Source: Dromiciops gliroides (lineage: Eukaryota). From it: a DNA stretch of 64,000 bases. Both the position numbers and the translations under genes were made by a program. The notes beneath the pieces are model-generated. The model saw only the letters and a program-made list of their open reading frames with translations, was not told the DNA's origin and made no database searches. The stretch covers positions 633,076,827 through 633,140,826 of the forward strand of contig NC_057861.1 of assembly GCF_019393635.1 (NCBI RefSeq), in the 5' to 3' direction. Below are positions 26,088 through 38,294 of this stretch, in pieces; within the stretch, counting starts at the first letter, position 1; every line of letters begins with the position of its first letter.

Positions 26088-26459
26088 TGTTAAGGGCTAA
26101 AATTCTAGCTAATCTGTCTAAAATATCTAATGAGTGGTCGCCAATAAATTATAAGCTTTAGCAAGAGTTAGACTTTTAAGCATTTATTAAGGAGAATAAG
26201 AATTTGGTAAAGAGAGAGAAAAAGGCCTAGATTCCTATCTATTAAAGGGAGAGCACATTTCTAGCTCCCTTCTCCGCCAGAGTCCAGAGGAAAGAGAGCG
26301 AGACTGAGCGCCAGTCTCTTCCTTCCTCCTCCCACTAGTCCGCGTCACTTCCTGATACCAAAGACAAGACTCCTGGTCTTGCCCTCAAAGACCTTCGCTT
26401 CATGGGCAGAACTCTTCTACAGTTAGTATCCAGCAGGTGGCGTTATTCCAATCGTTACA
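26088..26459 (+). repeat. 5' LTR of the element (TGTTAAGGGCTAAAATTCTAGC…CCAATCGTTACA)
   Basis: Direct repeat identical to 29452-29823; contains AATAAA-like (ccaataaatta) and TATA-like (ttattaagga) motifs. Confidence 0.65.
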
Positions 26460-29451
26460 GTCCCCCCTGTTGTTCCTCAAGAAACAAAATGTTTCCTTGA
26501 CGGAACAGTAAAAACAATATGATAACTATTGCTAACTAATAATATGTGAACAACAATATAGAAAAGGAAGAGAGGAAAGTTTTGTCCAGAGGGGCGATTT
26601 TTTTTGTCCTCATGAACCGACGCTTTGACATTAGTCTTGCAAAGGGAGGGGCCTCCTGCAGAGAATACATGTTACAGATGGTGTATATTATAACAGAAAG
26701 AGAAAAAAAACCAACAAAAAGAACAAATCAAAACTGTTCATTTAAAGTCTCTGAAAGTCTTTTCTCAGATGTCCTCTAGGTGTAGTCGTGGAATGGAAGT
26801 CTTTTCAGGGGTTGATGTGTGGATGCTGGTAATCAGCCAGGAAAATTTCCTACAAAATTGAGCTTAACACAACTTTAAAATAGCTTTGTCAATAATCAAA
26901 TCAAACAATGAAAGTTCTCAAAAACATGTCTAAGGGAATACAGAATCTTAGTTGTTACACATGAAACATATAATAAAACAAAAATTGAAACATTCTTTAA
27001 AATTATAATATTACTATAGTCCCCCCCCTTATGGAGGGTAATTGAGAAGACAATTGCTGCAATATTAATTATTAAAAATAATTTTTATCTGTTTCATCAC
27101 TTTTTGCATCATCTGCCTAATTATCCTCATGCCATTATGAGAAATTTTAAAATCTAATATAATTGGTAACAGGTGTCAAGGCCAAATTCAACACTGTATT
27201 TATCATGACACCTGAGATAATTATGGGGGTTACCATAAAAGAACAGAGAAATGATGGGATATGAGCATTCCCACACTTGAGCAAATATATACTGCCCATG
27301 CAGTATGCCAGGTCTAAAATAGGTGGATGGAATATATGTCCATGCCACCGAACATATTGGAGGGAAACTGAGTCAGACTTAATCAGATGCATGGGATTGA
27401 GATGTCCATGGCATCAGGCATATAGGAGGGAGCATAGAAGCCAGGTGTAGGAGCGAGATGGGTGGGATGAATACTTCCAGCCATCTGTACAATATTGTGG
27501 GGAAAAATAAAATAAAATATTAAACCAAGAGAATCCAACCTCAACATTTGTCAAAAGCCGTTCCCTCGGCCATACCTTGACTTCATGCATGTCTCCCCTC
27601 ATGTGACGTTCAGTGTCTGCTCTTGCATGTATTCCTCTTGTGATTGGATGGCATCTTGGCCAACTGGCATCTGATAACTCAGAATAAAGGCAATTAATGT
27701 CTTAAATGATAAATTCCCATAATCCAAGTCTCATATGGATTTAAAATTGAGGATAAAAAATGATTGCAAAAAATGTGAATACATCTTGACTCAAAATATA
27801 ATATATAATTATGCAACAATTTCAAATAATACCCTTTTTTTACTTAGTATACAATTACTTTTGTGAAAAATCAGAACATACTTAAATACAAGTTAAAGCA
27901 CAACAGAATCTCAAAGAACTTTTTTTTTTTTGAAAAAAGAAAACTTTTACAAATGTTCCCCTCTTTTTTTTTTTTTTGGGGAATATGCTTATCAAAAATA
28001 ATACTTCTAGAATCAATTTACACTTGCCATGGCAACCAGTTTGCCAGGGAAATGCTTTAAAGAGTTTGATCAAATAATCAGTTGAGAAAAAATAACAAAA
28101 ACAAACAACTCAGAATATGGGAGCACAATACTCCTAGAATTAACATTGTATTATGAAATCAAAACCATGTTTCAAAATTAGATAGATGAATGAATAGAAG
28201 AAAATACACATGGAATAATAAGACAATGAAATTCAAACTAGGGAAATCTAAATGAATATGAACTTAATATTAATAAGAGTATTATAAAATATAAACTTGA
28301 TCACATGACTATAAAAAGCTTTTACAAATATTCTCCTTGTTTTACAAACTAAGTATAAGACACAATCTCAAAAGCCTGAAAATCTCTATGAAAATAAACC
28401 CATACCATTAATTTCAAAATGTATATGTAATAGCATAGAAATCCTATGTAACCTCTGAACTGATACTATCACTCTGAATGAATTCAGAACACTTTTGATT
28501 CCGATATCTAAAATCCCCAATACTCATATCAATACCTTGCTGTTTACTTCTACATTTCTGTAAAATATATATACTTCCATGGCAAGAGAAGCGGAGTCTT
28601 GAACTATGGTGATGATTGTCATTCTTATTCAGCTTAAGTTTTTTCTTCTTTAACCCCTCTATATTGTCTGTCAGTCTTTTCACCATACAAATGCTTTATA
28701 AGATTACTAATTAAAGACAAAAGCAGGTTAGCAAAATTATGAACAAAACGAGCATATCTGGAATTTAAAGGGTTTTTCTAAGGTTGTCTCAGAAGCACAG
28801 CCAGGCTGGGGAAGGGCTGAGCCTGAAGCTGCAAATGCAGGTAGAAAAAGTTGAGCATGCGCACCAGATCTCAGGGACTTCCCAGGCAGGGGAAGCTATG
28901 GGCTTGGCCATAGGAGGAGTAGAGGGTGGGGTCTGGAGAGGAGGGGAGGGACCAGAGCAATTTGAATCAGACTTGATTTTGAACTCAGGCCTGGATTCCT
29001 CTTCCCCCACTTTGCCTCCAGGTGCTAGGGGATTAAAAGCTTCTAGAGGGTGGGTCATTGCCTCCAGGCATGCAAAATTAAAGCAACAATTACTGTTAGA
29101 ACTGGGAAAAGCTGCGGGAATCTTTTCAGGTTTCTCTGAAAAAGCATGGTTGGGAGAGGGAGAGATATTTCCTTGTGTGAGTAAGTTGCTGGCTCTTTTA
29201 ACAAAAAGAAAAAGAAAATAGAAAATCCACAAAAACAAAGCATTAACATGATCTTATCTCCCATTTGTCTGGTTAAACAGACTAAAATCAAAAATAGGAT
29301 AATTAGGGAGTTTAAAAGGTCCATTCGAAAAAATTTAAAGGAAAACACAGCCAGTACACCAGTACTTAGCAGTTTAAAGGGTAGGGGAAATTTCTTACCC
29401 AACCGGAAGATCAGAAGTGAGGTTCAGCTTTCCTCTTCGTGGTCAGCCATC

Positions 29452-29823
29452 TGTTAAGGGCTAAAATTCTAGCTAATCTGTCTAAAATATCTAATGAGTG
29501 GTCGCCAATAAATTATAAGCTTTAGCAAGAGTTAGACTTTTAAGCATTTATTAAGGAGAATAAGAATTTGGTAAAGAGAGAGAAAAAGGCCTAGATTCCT
29601 ATCTATTAAAGGGAGAGCACATTTCTAGCTCCCTTCTCCGCCAGAGTCCAGAGGAAAGAGAGCGAGACTGAGCGCCAGTCTCTTCCTTCCTCCTCCCACT
29701 AGTCCGCGTCACTTCCTGATACCAAAGACAAGACTCCTGGTCTTGCCCTCAAAGACCTTCGCTTCATGGGCAGAACTCTTCTACAGTTAGTATCCAGCAG
29801 GTGGCGTTATTCCAATCGTTACA
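29452..29823 (+). repeat. 3' LTR of the element
   Basis: Identical to 26088-26459. Confidence 0.65.
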
Positions 29824-29893
29824 ACAGTATGATAATAAGTTTTTTGAACAACATAATAAATCATTTTCCACACTTTCTCTGCCAACCTCCCAG

Positions 29894-30025
29894 GCACATA
29901 CATCCCCCAGAAGGAGGTAGAAGTGGTGGCGACAATCCAGGCCACAGTGATCCGACACAACCAGGCTCTTCGACTTCGGGCCCGGAAGGAATGTGAGGAC
30001 CGAGATGGCAAACCAAGGGTGACAG
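29894..30025 (+). CDS. MVP: MVP coding exon 4 ([44 protein letters not shown])
   Basis: Acceptor ccag at 29890-29893; in frame with ORF 29923..30300; donor GTAAGG at 30026; phase 1 to 1. Confidence 0.9.
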
Positions 30026-30126
30026 GTAAGGGGGGAGAGGTTGGGGTAGAGGCAGGTGAGTTGGAGGTGAGGCAGGGAGGAAAGAATGACCCGAAGAGGG
30101 AGAACAAGGATATAGGTAGATATGTT

Positions 30127-30296
30127 TTTCTTTCTTCTTTCTTTTTTTTTCTTTTTTTTTTGGTGAGGCAATTAGGGTTAAGTGACTTGCCCAGGATCAC
30201 ACAACTAGTAAGTGTTAAGTGTCTAAGATTGGATTTGAACTCGGGTCCTCCTGAATCCAGGGCCGGTGCTCTAGCCACTGTGCCACCTAGCTGCCA
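30127..30296 (-). mobile_element. tRNA-derived SINE copy, about 100 bp downstream of MVP exon 4
   Basis: Reverse consensus; TSD (A)GTAGATRTGTT. Confidence 0.85.
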
Positions 30297-30773
30297 GTAG
30301 ATGTGTTCATAAAGAGGAGGAAGATCAGAGGAAACCATAGACATCAAGAGCCCAGTTCTCTCAAAGAAACCTCAAAAACTTGGCAGAAGCCCTAAATGAG
30401 GAAACAAGTGTTTGAAGTTAAAAGACAAAGGGAAAGTATCTGAAGGAGAGTGGAAGATATATAAATACTGACAGTTTTGAAATCTCCATTTCAAAGTGAT
30501 TCATTCTCCCAAGGTTCAAGATCAGCTTTAAAAAAAAAAAAGACATTGCTGAGGTCAGAAAGCAACAGAAATGAATGCTAATGAGCAGAATTTGTCAGCT
30601 AGAACTTTCTGTCAGGTTCTTGAGATTAGAGACAAGTAACATCTCAGTCCTTGCTCCCCATCTGTCTGTTATGGGGAGAGGCATTCATGAGCAGACCCCA
30701 GCAGCAAAGATGGTCTTTTCAGTGCTTTGTCAAGTTTCTAAACTTTAACATGACTCTCTCCCTTCCTGGTTAG

Positions 30774-30868
30774 GAGAAGAATGGCTGGTACGTTCTGTGG
30801 GGGCTTACCTCCCAGGTGTGTTTGAGGAAGTTCTGGACGTGGTCGAAGCTGTGGTTCTCACAGACAAG
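30774..30868 (+). CDS. MVP: MVP coding exon 5 ([31 protein letters not shown])
   Basis: Acceptor ttag at 30770-30773, donor GTTCAT at 30869; conserved peptide; phase 1 to 0. Confidence 0.85.
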
Positions 30869-31235
30869 GTTCATAAACTCCGGGGGAATGGGAGGGACCC
30901 TACAAAGACTAAAGGAAACTGGGTGGGGAGACTAACACCAGCAGTGAAGTTTTGTGGGAAGTAAGGGGTGGGTAAGGAAATGTTAAAAAAGATAACCAGT
31001 AGTCATCATTCTGAACTCACTGAAAAATGAGAATTCAATCCTCTCTTTTCAAGAATCTCTAGCCCATTGGTTGTTAACTTGTGGGGTCTCTAAAATTTTT
31101 TTTTTAATTTTGGTAACTATATTTCAATAGCCTCAGTTTCCTTTGTAATTTTACATGTTTATTTTATGCATTTAAATACCCTATGCTAAGAAGAGGCCCA
31201 TGGGCTTTAACAGCCTCCCAAAGCATAAGTTTATT

Positions 31236-31392
31236 TATTATTATTTTTTTCTTTTTGCGGGGCAATGAGGGTTAAGTCACTTGCCCAGGATCACACAGCT
31301 AGTAAGTGTCAAGTGTCTGAGGCCGGATTTGAACTCAGGTCCTCCTGAATCCAGGGCCGGTGCTCTATCCACTGTGCCACCTAGCTGCCCCC
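31236..31392 (-). mobile_element. tRNA-derived SINE copy
   Basis: Reverse consensus. Confidence 0.8.
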
Positions 31393-32282
31393 TTTTGTTT
31401 ATTTATTTATTTGTTTGTTTATTTATTATTTTTTTTTCTCCAAAGCATAAGTTAACCCCATGCTAGCCTCACTGGCAGATGTTGAGGAATGACCCTGGAG
31501 TTAAGATAAATGGAAGACTGTTTTGCATCAACATAGCTTTCCTGAGTCCCTTGGATCAGGAAGGAAGTGGTCAAGAGTAAAGGGGCAGAAATCAAATTGG
31601 GGCCAGGAAGGATAAGAAAATGTGTGGTCACCTTAAATCAGAAGCTTTAACACCAGTCTTTGGGCATTAAGCATTTATTCAAGCATACCAGGTATTCACG
31701 TGGAGTTCAGAAAGTTAAGAAAAGGCCTATTTAGCCTAGAGTTCCAGCCTGGTCGGGTTCTTCTTCAAGTCCTCCACCACTATCCTGCTTCAACCACGAA
31801 CCCCCTCAAACTGAGTGTGGAAGCTTTTTATAGGTCCAGAGCATCGGCAGTCCTTACACACTGCTTCAAGCTGATTGGTTAGCATCATCCAAATCCATCA
31901 GCTCACTGGACTTGAAGGTGGTTTGGGGTTAAGTTCAAAGTCTTTAGCTTCTGAGAATGATACATTCTTAAGGGCTAGCCAGGTGTGCTTACAATCTAGT
32001 TAACTTGAAGTAGGCTAATCAGCAGTCAATTAATTCAATCAGTTTAGATTAATCTCCAGGTGGACCTTTGAGTATCTGCTAAATCCCATTATTTTATCAT
32101 AAAAGCATCAGTTGAGGAGCTGATGGTCAGTATTATCCTGAGGATCAAATGAGATAACGTGCAAAATGCTAGCAAACCTTAGCTCTGTTAGTACTGTTCT
32201 GGTCACTGAATGGGAGGACACATCCTTTTTTATTTTTTTAGAGGCCAAAGGTCCTTCTAGCTTCCATCTCCCTTCTCCACAG

Positions 32283-32519
32283 ATAGCCCTGCACCTCCGG
32301 GCCCTGCAGAACTTTAGGGATGTGAGAGGCATCCTACGGCATACAGGAGAAGAGTGGCTGGTCACCCAGAAAGATACAGAAGCTCACGTGCCTGATGTTT
32401 ATGAGGAGGTTCTGGGAATTGTGAACATCACCACCCTGGGTTCACGGAACTACTGTGTGATCCTGGACCCCATGGGGCCTGATGGCAAGAACCAGCTGGG
32501 ACACAAGCGCGTGGTGAAG
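32283..32519 (+). CDS. MVP: MVP coding exon 6 ([39 protein letters not shown]…[15 protein letters not shown])
   Basis: Acceptor ccacag at 32277-32282; in frame with ORF 32166..32708; donor GTGATG at 32520. Confidence 0.9.
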
Positions 32520-32614
32520 GTGATGGGACTGGCAGGCTTGTGGGGGGTGGAAAGAAGGTGGGAACAATTCCAGGAGAGTTATTTACTCCTTGGCTCTGTG
32601 TCTTTTCCTGACAG

Positions 32615-32899
32615 GGGGAGAAGTCCTTCTTCCTTCAGCCTGGAGAGAGTTTGGAGGAAGGGATCCAGGAGGTGTTCGTGCTGTCAGAGGAAGAAGGGCT
32701 GCTCCTGAGGGCCCTACAGCCCCTGGAGGAAGGAGATGACGGGGAGAGGGGTGAGAAAAGGAGGGCCGGAGACCGCTGGCTGATCAGGGGACCCCTGGAG
32801 TATGTGCCCCCGGCCAAAGTAGAAGTAATAGAGCAACGGAAGGCCATCCCTCTGGATGAGAATGAGGGCATCTATGTGAGAGATGTCAAGACTGGCAAG
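32615..32899 (+). CDS. MVP: MVP coding exon 7 ([40 protein letters not shown]…[41 protein letters not shown])
   Basis: Acceptor acag at 32611-32614; in frame with ORF 32651..32953; donor GTGAGC at 32900. Confidence 0.9.
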
Positions 32900-33094
32900 G
32901 TGAGCCTGGAGCCCAGGGTAGAACTCACTTCCAAACCCACATCTGGAATTTAATAATAATATTAATGATGATGATGGTGGTGGTGATTGGTGATGATAAC
33001 AGCTAGAATTTATATAGCCCATTAAGGTTCATGCATCTCTTTACATGTGCCATTTCATTTGGTCCTGACAACAGCCCTGTAAGAAAGGTGCTGT

Positions 33095-33235
33095 TATCAT
33101 CTCCATTTAGCAGATGAAGAAACTGAAGCACAGAGGTTAAATGACTTACTTAGGTCACATGGCTAATAAGTGTCTGAGGCTGGATTGGAACGATCTTCCT
33201 GACTCCAAGTCTGGCACTCTCCCATCAGCTGCCTT
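33095..33235 (-). repeat. Older divergent SINE (MIR/Mar-type) fragment
   Basis: …gaagaaactgaagcacagaggttaaatgacttac…aagtgtctgaggctggatt…. Confidence 0.5.
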
Positions 33236-33723
33236 GATTGCTCTTGAAACTGTCTCTGTTGGCTGAATTAAAACCTCAGCCTGTCATGGAATTGGCTATG
33301 GAGCTATAGAATCCTACACCTACCACCAAGCCCTCCTGGGAACCTTCTATGTCCCTTATCTGACACCTTACCTCACTTTTCCACCAAACCCCTCATTTTT
33401 TTTAGATGAAAAAACAGAAGCCCAGAGTGGAAAGGTAACCTTCCCTCAATCAGTCAGTAAGTCAAACCGCTAATAAGTGAGAAAACTCCAGTCTAATCGA
33501 ATAAACATTTATTAAGCACCTATTGTGTACCAAGCACTGTGCTAAGCCTTGGGGATACAAAGAGAGGCAACAGTCTCAGCCCTCAAGAACCTCAAAGTCT
33601 AATGGGGGTAACAACATACAAACAAGCTCTGTAAAGGTTTAATAGGAAGTAATCTACAGAGGGAAGGCACTAGAACTAAGAAGGGTTGGGAATTAGGCAA
33701 CACAGGGCTTCCTGTAGGTAGGA

Positions 33724-33875
33724 TTTTTTTTTTTTCCAGTGAGGCAGTTGGGGTTAAGTGACTTGCCCAGGGTCACACAGCTAGTAAGTGTTAAGTGTCT
33801 GAGGCAAGATTTGAACTCAGGTACTCCTGACTCCAGGGCCGGTGCTTTATTCACTGTGCCACCTAGCCACCCCTC
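33724..33875 (-). mobile_element. tRNA-derived SINE copy
   Basis: Reverse consensus; TSD CTGTAGGYAGGATTTT. Confidence 0.85.
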
Positions 33876-33967
33876 TGTAGGCAGGATTTTAACTGGGACT
33901 TGAAGGAAGCAGGAAGCAGAAATGAGGAGGAAGAGCATTCATGGGGGGGGTGGAAAGAAAAGGCCTA

Positions 33968-34113
33968 GGGCAGCTAGATGGCTCAGTGGATAAAGCACTG
34001 GCCCTGGATTCAGGAGTACCTGAGTTCAAATCCAGCCTCAGACACTTAACACTGGGCAAGTCACTTAACCCCAATTGCCTCAGCAAAAAAAAAAAGAAAA
34101 AAAAAAAAGAAAA
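33968..34113 (+). mobile_element. tRNA-derived SINE copy with an internal deletion
   Basis: Consensus head; TSD GAAAAGGCCT. Confidence 0.8.
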
Positions 34114-34420
34114 GGCCTGGAACTCAGAGTCAAGTAAACGTAAAGGTCCAATCAGTGAGTCTCTCACCAAATATTCCTGCCAGACCCTGTCCTGCTTTCT
34201 AATCCTAACCAAAGTAAGGCATTTGAAAAAAAATTAAATAATAATTTAAAAAGTAAGGCATATGAATATAAACAACCCGATCCCAGACTGAGTCAAAACT
34301 TTGACTTGGGTCCCTCTCCACAAACACTATCTCCATCTCCCTTAAGGTCCCAGAAGAGAAAATTATGTCCCCTATCTCCCTGTCTTGATCCTGGTGTGTC
34401 ATTTATAAATTTGCATATTC

Positions 34421-34565
34421 GGGGGCAGCTAGGTGGCACAGTGGATAGAGCACTGGCCCTGGATTCAGGAGGACCTGAGTTCAAATCCGGCCTCAGACAC
34501 TTGACACTTACTAGCTGTGTGACCCTGGGAGAGTTACTTAACCACAATTGCCTCACCCAAAAACC
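34421..34565 (+). mobile_element. tRNA-derived SINE copy
   Basis: Consensus head and tail. Confidence 0.8.
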
Positions 34566-35172
34566 CCCAAAAAACTCTTATTTAACTTAATGCCTCTTCT
34601 AGGGCCTAGCCCAACATTCTGCACAGTAGGTCCTTATTAAACTCAATTCATCAAACATTTATTAAGAGAAATAAATTAATGCACAGTGCCATGTGAAGAC
34701 TAGGGATAGGCAGGAGGAAAGCTTATGACAGATGGGGAAGGAAATTGGAGAAGGCTTAATGGAATACAAAGCATTTGAACTGAGCTCTGAAAGATTTCAG
34801 CTGGCACGGGATGGCATTTCAGATCTCAGGGCCCCAGGTTTTAGAGCTGAAGGCAAACTCAGAAATCACCTTGTTTCCATCTTATCCTCCTATAGTTTCC
34901 TGTATACAGGAGAAAACTGAGTTCCAGAGAAGGACCAAAAGTCACTTTTAGTTAGTAGCAGACAAGACACGGAAACCCAGGCTTTTTTATACAATTCACC
35001 AGATGTTTATCAAGTGTCCCACTAGCGTCTAACACCAGGGGGAGGTAAAAAAGTTAGAGAAGATCATGTTCTTGGGTATAGGGAGTAGTGTGGGCTAAGA
35101 TTTTGATTCTTTTGTTTCCATATCCCTGCCCTCTTTGGGAGATAGTCTTCTTTATTCTGGTCTCCTCTCTAG

Positions 35173-35418
35173 GTCCGGGCTGTTGTTGGTAAAACCTATA
35201 TGCTGACCCAAGATGAAGAGCTGTGGGAGAGAAGGAGCTCCCACCTGGGGTGGAAGAACTGCTGAGCACTGGGAAGGACCCCAGTGGCAGATAGGGGCGC
35301 TATGGGGCAATCAACAAAGGGTAGTCTCCTGCCCCAGGGATAAGACTCGAGTTGTGAGCTACCGAGTTCCCCACAATGCAGCTGTACAGGTGTATGACTA
35401 TAGAGAAAAGAAAGCACG
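35173..35418 (+). CDS. MVP: MVP coding exon 8 ([19 protein letters not shown]…[27 protein letters not shown]) — frame disrupted as sequenced
   Basis: Acceptor tctag at 35168-35172, donor GTGAGG at 35419. The conserved peptide is recovered only by switching frames three times (about 35232, 35283, 35338). In-frame TGA at 35263, TAG at 35292 and TGA at 35204 in the three frames. Exon length 246 is incompatible with phase-0 entry and phase-2 exit. Confidence 0.7.
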
Positions 35419-35550
35419 GTGAGGGGAGACATGGGGAGGAAGACTGTCCTGTCCTGGGTGGGAAGTTAGGGGGTTTCGCCCATCACTTCGGGTACCAGAA
35501 CATTTGTGAATGACATTTCTCTATTGGCTGACTCCTCGTACCTTCCACAG

Positions 35551-35748
35551 GGTCGTGTTTGGGCCAGAGCTGGTGAGCCTTGGCCCTGAGGAGCAGTTCA
35601 CAGTGTTGTCCCTCTCTGGTGGCCGGCCCAAGCGCCCCCATGCCCGCCGGGCACTTTGCCTGCTGCTGGGACCTGATTTCTTTACTGATGCCATCACTAT
35701 TGAAACGGCAGACCATGCCCGGCTACAACTACAGCTGGCTTACAACTG
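35551..35748 (+). CDS. MVP: MVP coding exon 9 ([66 protein letters not shown])
   Basis: Acceptor cacag at 35546-35550; in frame with ORF 35510..35752; donor GTAACT at 35749; nearly identical to human MVP. Confidence 0.9.
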
Positions 35749-36299
35749 GTAACTGGGGATTACCATGGACTCATGAGCCTTCCAGCTGTGCAGATGGAGG
35801 AAAGGGGCTCCGGGAATGGGAGGGAAACCCTTCCCCAAGTAATACAATGGGAGGTCCCCGGAAGATTGTCAAGAATCAGACTGATCTGAGCATGGAACAC
35901 GGGTGCTGGGTGTTGAGGATACAGTGACAAGAATGAAATTGTCCCTTCTCCCAAAGAGCTTATATTCTTATCAGAAGAGGTGGTTGAGGAAGGAAGGGCA
36001 CTATCAATTGGAGTAGGGTAGAGTTGTGAAAGGTTTTGTGTAAAAAGGTTGTGCTTGAGCTGAGTCTTGAAGGGAGTGAGGGAGTCTGTGGAGGCAGAGA
36101 GTTGAGCAAAAGGGAAGGCATTTCCAGGTGTGGAGATTGGAGATGGTAAAGGTGCAGATGTGGGAAATCAGTGCTGTGGAGTGAGGAAGAGCAAGGAGGC
36201 TAGTTTGAACTATAGAATATAAGAACGGAAGTAAATATGTAATGAACCATACAGGTAGATTGAGACCAAGTTGTGAAGGCCTTTAAAAGGCAAACAAAA

Positions 36300-36450
36300 G
36301 GGGCAGCTGGGTGGCGCAGTGGATAGAGCACAGGCCCTGGAGTTAGGAGGACCTGCATTCAAATCAGACCTCAGACACCTTAACACTTACTAGCTGTGTG
36401 ACCCTAGGCAAGTCACTTAACCCCAAATGCCATCAAAAAAAAAAAAAAAG
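36300..36450 (+). mobile_element. tRNA-derived SINE copy
   Basis: Consensus; TSD AAAAGGCAAACAA. Confidence 0.85.
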
Positions 36451-36475
36451 GCAAACAAGAGTTCATATTAATTTA

Positions 36476-36685
36476 TAGGCAGCTACATAGAGTGCTGGTC
36501 CTGGAGTCAGGAATACCTGAATTCAAATGTGGCCTCAGCTACATACCAGCCATGGGACTTTGGGCAAGTCATTTGACCTCTGTTTGCCTCAGTTTCCTCA
36601 ACAGTCAAATGGGAATATAATGGCAGCTACCTCCCAGAGTTATTGTGAAGATCAAATGAGATATTTGTAAAAAGCACTTAGTACA
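36476..36685 (+). repeat. MIR-type ancient SINE (…cctcagtttcctcaacagtcaaatggg…gcacttagtacagc)
   Basis: MIR core motifs. Confidence 0.55.
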
Positions 36686-36688
36686 GCA

Positions 36689-36875
36689 GGGGCAGCCAGG
36701 TGGCACAGTGGATAGAGTGCAGGGCCTGGAGTTAGGAAGATTCATCTTCCTGAATTCAAATCTGGCATCGGACACTTAAGAGCTGTGTGACCCTGGGCAA
36801 GTCACTTGACCCTGTTTGCCTGTAAAATGAGCTGGAGAAGGAAATGCCAAACCAGTCTAGTGTCCTTGCCCAAGA
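36689..36875 (+). mobile_element. Related, longer tRNA-derived SINE subfamily copy
   Basis: GGGGCAGCCAGGTGGCACAGTGGATAGAGTGCAGGGCCTGGAGTTAGG… with an extended 3' region. Confidence 0.65.
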
Positions 36876-36883
36876 AAAACCCC

Positions 36884-37050
36884 AGGGGCAGCTAGGTGGT
36901 GCGGTGGATAGAGCACCGGCCCTGGAGTCAGGAGTACCTGAGTTTCAAATCCAGCCTCAGACACTTAACACTTACTAGCTGTGTGACCCCTGGGCAAGTC
37001 ACTTAACCCCAATTGCCTCACTAAAACAACAACAACAACAACAAAAACCA
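36884..37050 (+). mobile_element. tRNA-derived SINE copy with (CAA)n tail
   Basis: Consensus head; tail …ctaaaacaacaacaacaacaacaaaaacc. Confidence 0.85.
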
Positions 37051-37451
37051 AGAAACCCCAAATGTTGTCACAAAGAGTCAGACACAACTAAAATGACTGA
37101 ATAAAAACTTAGTGCAATGCTGGCACATAGTAGGTACTATATAAATACTATCATGATTGTTGTTGTTTTCATCATCGTCATCATCATATTTTATTCCAAA
37201 GACAGTAAGGGCAGCACTGGAGTTTGAGTAGGAGAGTGGCATAGTTACAACTTTACATAAGGAAAAATCACTTTGGCAGCTGTGTGACAGCTTGGAAGGG
37301 GGTAAAATGAAGCAGGGAGACCATTATTGTCCATTGCTGTAGTCCAGGCAAGGTGAAAAGATCCTGACTCTCAGACAGAGGCCTAAATAGAGAGGTCCCT
37401 CCCTTTCTAAAGGAGGAAACAGGACCTTTTTCCCCCTCTCTCCTTCCATAG

Positions 37452-37834
37452 GCACTTTGAACTGGGAGACCGGAATGACCCAAAGAGGACTTCTCGGCTC
37501 TTCTCTGTCCCAGACTTTGTGGGCGATGCTGCAAAGCCATTGCCTCCCGGGTTCGGGGGCTGTGGCTTCAGTCACCTTTGATGACTTCCATAAGAATTCA
37601 GCTCGCATCATCCGGATGTCTGTCTTTGGGGTTTGAGGAAACAGAGAAGGGACCTGGGGGGACTCCCATGCCTCAGCCCGCGGGACCGAGCTGTCTTCCC
37701 CCAGAACGGGCTGGTGGTCAGTAGTGTGGATGTCCAGTCTGTAGAACCCGTGGCCAGCGGACCCGGGGATGCCCTGCGCGGAGTGTCCAGCTGGCCATTG
37801 AAATCACCACCAATTCCCAAGAAGCTGCAGCCAA
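37452..37834 (+). CDS. MVP: MVP coding exon 10 ([26 protein letters not shown]…[19 protein letters not shown]…[25 protein letters not shown]…[18 protein letters not shown]) — multiple frameshifts as sequenced
   Basis: Acceptor catag at 37447-37451, donor GTGAGT at 37835. The conserved MVP sequence is recovered in at least 5 successive frame segments separated by 1-2 nt indels, several at G/C homopolymers (cccgggttcggggg, tttggggttt, cctggggggact). Stops occur in every frame; length 383 is inconsistent with phase-2 entry and exit. Confidence 0.7.
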
Positions 37835-37939
37835 GTGAGTGAAGCAGATGGCTTTTCCACACCCCCTCTACCTCCCAGGCTTATGTCCATAGCACCCACT
37901 CCTTTGCACGTCGAGATCCCTGTGTACTTAATATCTAGA

Positions 37940-38185
37940 GGCTTCCTCGAGGTAGTTAGGTGGTGTCATGGAGTCAAAAAGACTTGAATTCAAATCCAAC
38001 CTCAGACACTTACTAGTTGTATGACCTTGGGCAAGTTACTTCACCTCTCTCCACCTCAGTTTCCTCACCTGTCAAATAAGAATCATAATAGCACCTTCCT
38101 TCCAGAGTTGTGAAGACCAAATGAGACAATATGTTGTAAAAAACTTAGCACGGTGCCTGGGTGCATAGTAGGTGCTTAATAAAGA
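37940..38185 (+). repeat. Older SINE/MIR-type element
   Basis: …gagttcaaatccaacctcagacacttactagttgtatgacc…cctcagtttcctcacctgtcaaataag…ggtgcctgggtgcatagtaggtgcttaataaa. Confidence 0.55.
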
Positions 38186-38294
38186 CCGGTTTCCTTCCTC
38201 TCCTATAATGTACTTAGTCCCTGGCCCTACCTGGCTCCCATTCTTCTTCTATAACCATCTCACAAAAGTCTTTTCCCATCTCCTATCCTATCAG

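Larger units (their letters stand above)
26088..29823 (+). mobile_element. LTR-retrotransposon-like element (non-autonomous): 372-bp 5' LTR, about 3.0-kb non-coding internal region, 372-bp 3' LTR; flanking ACAG 4-bp TSD; inside MVP intron 3
   Basis: 26088-26459 and 29452-29823 are identical by eye across 372 bp, begin TG… and end …CA; flanks aaACAG|LTR … LTR|ACAGta; internal region has no ORF over about 150 aa and no recognisable gag/pol. Confidence 0.65.

Noticed and set aside
28784-29238. Overlapping about 145-aa ORFs on both strands inside the LTR element interior
   Set aside because: No gag/pol/env-like motifs, and both strands are open, as happens in GC-rich stretches. Treated as non-coding.
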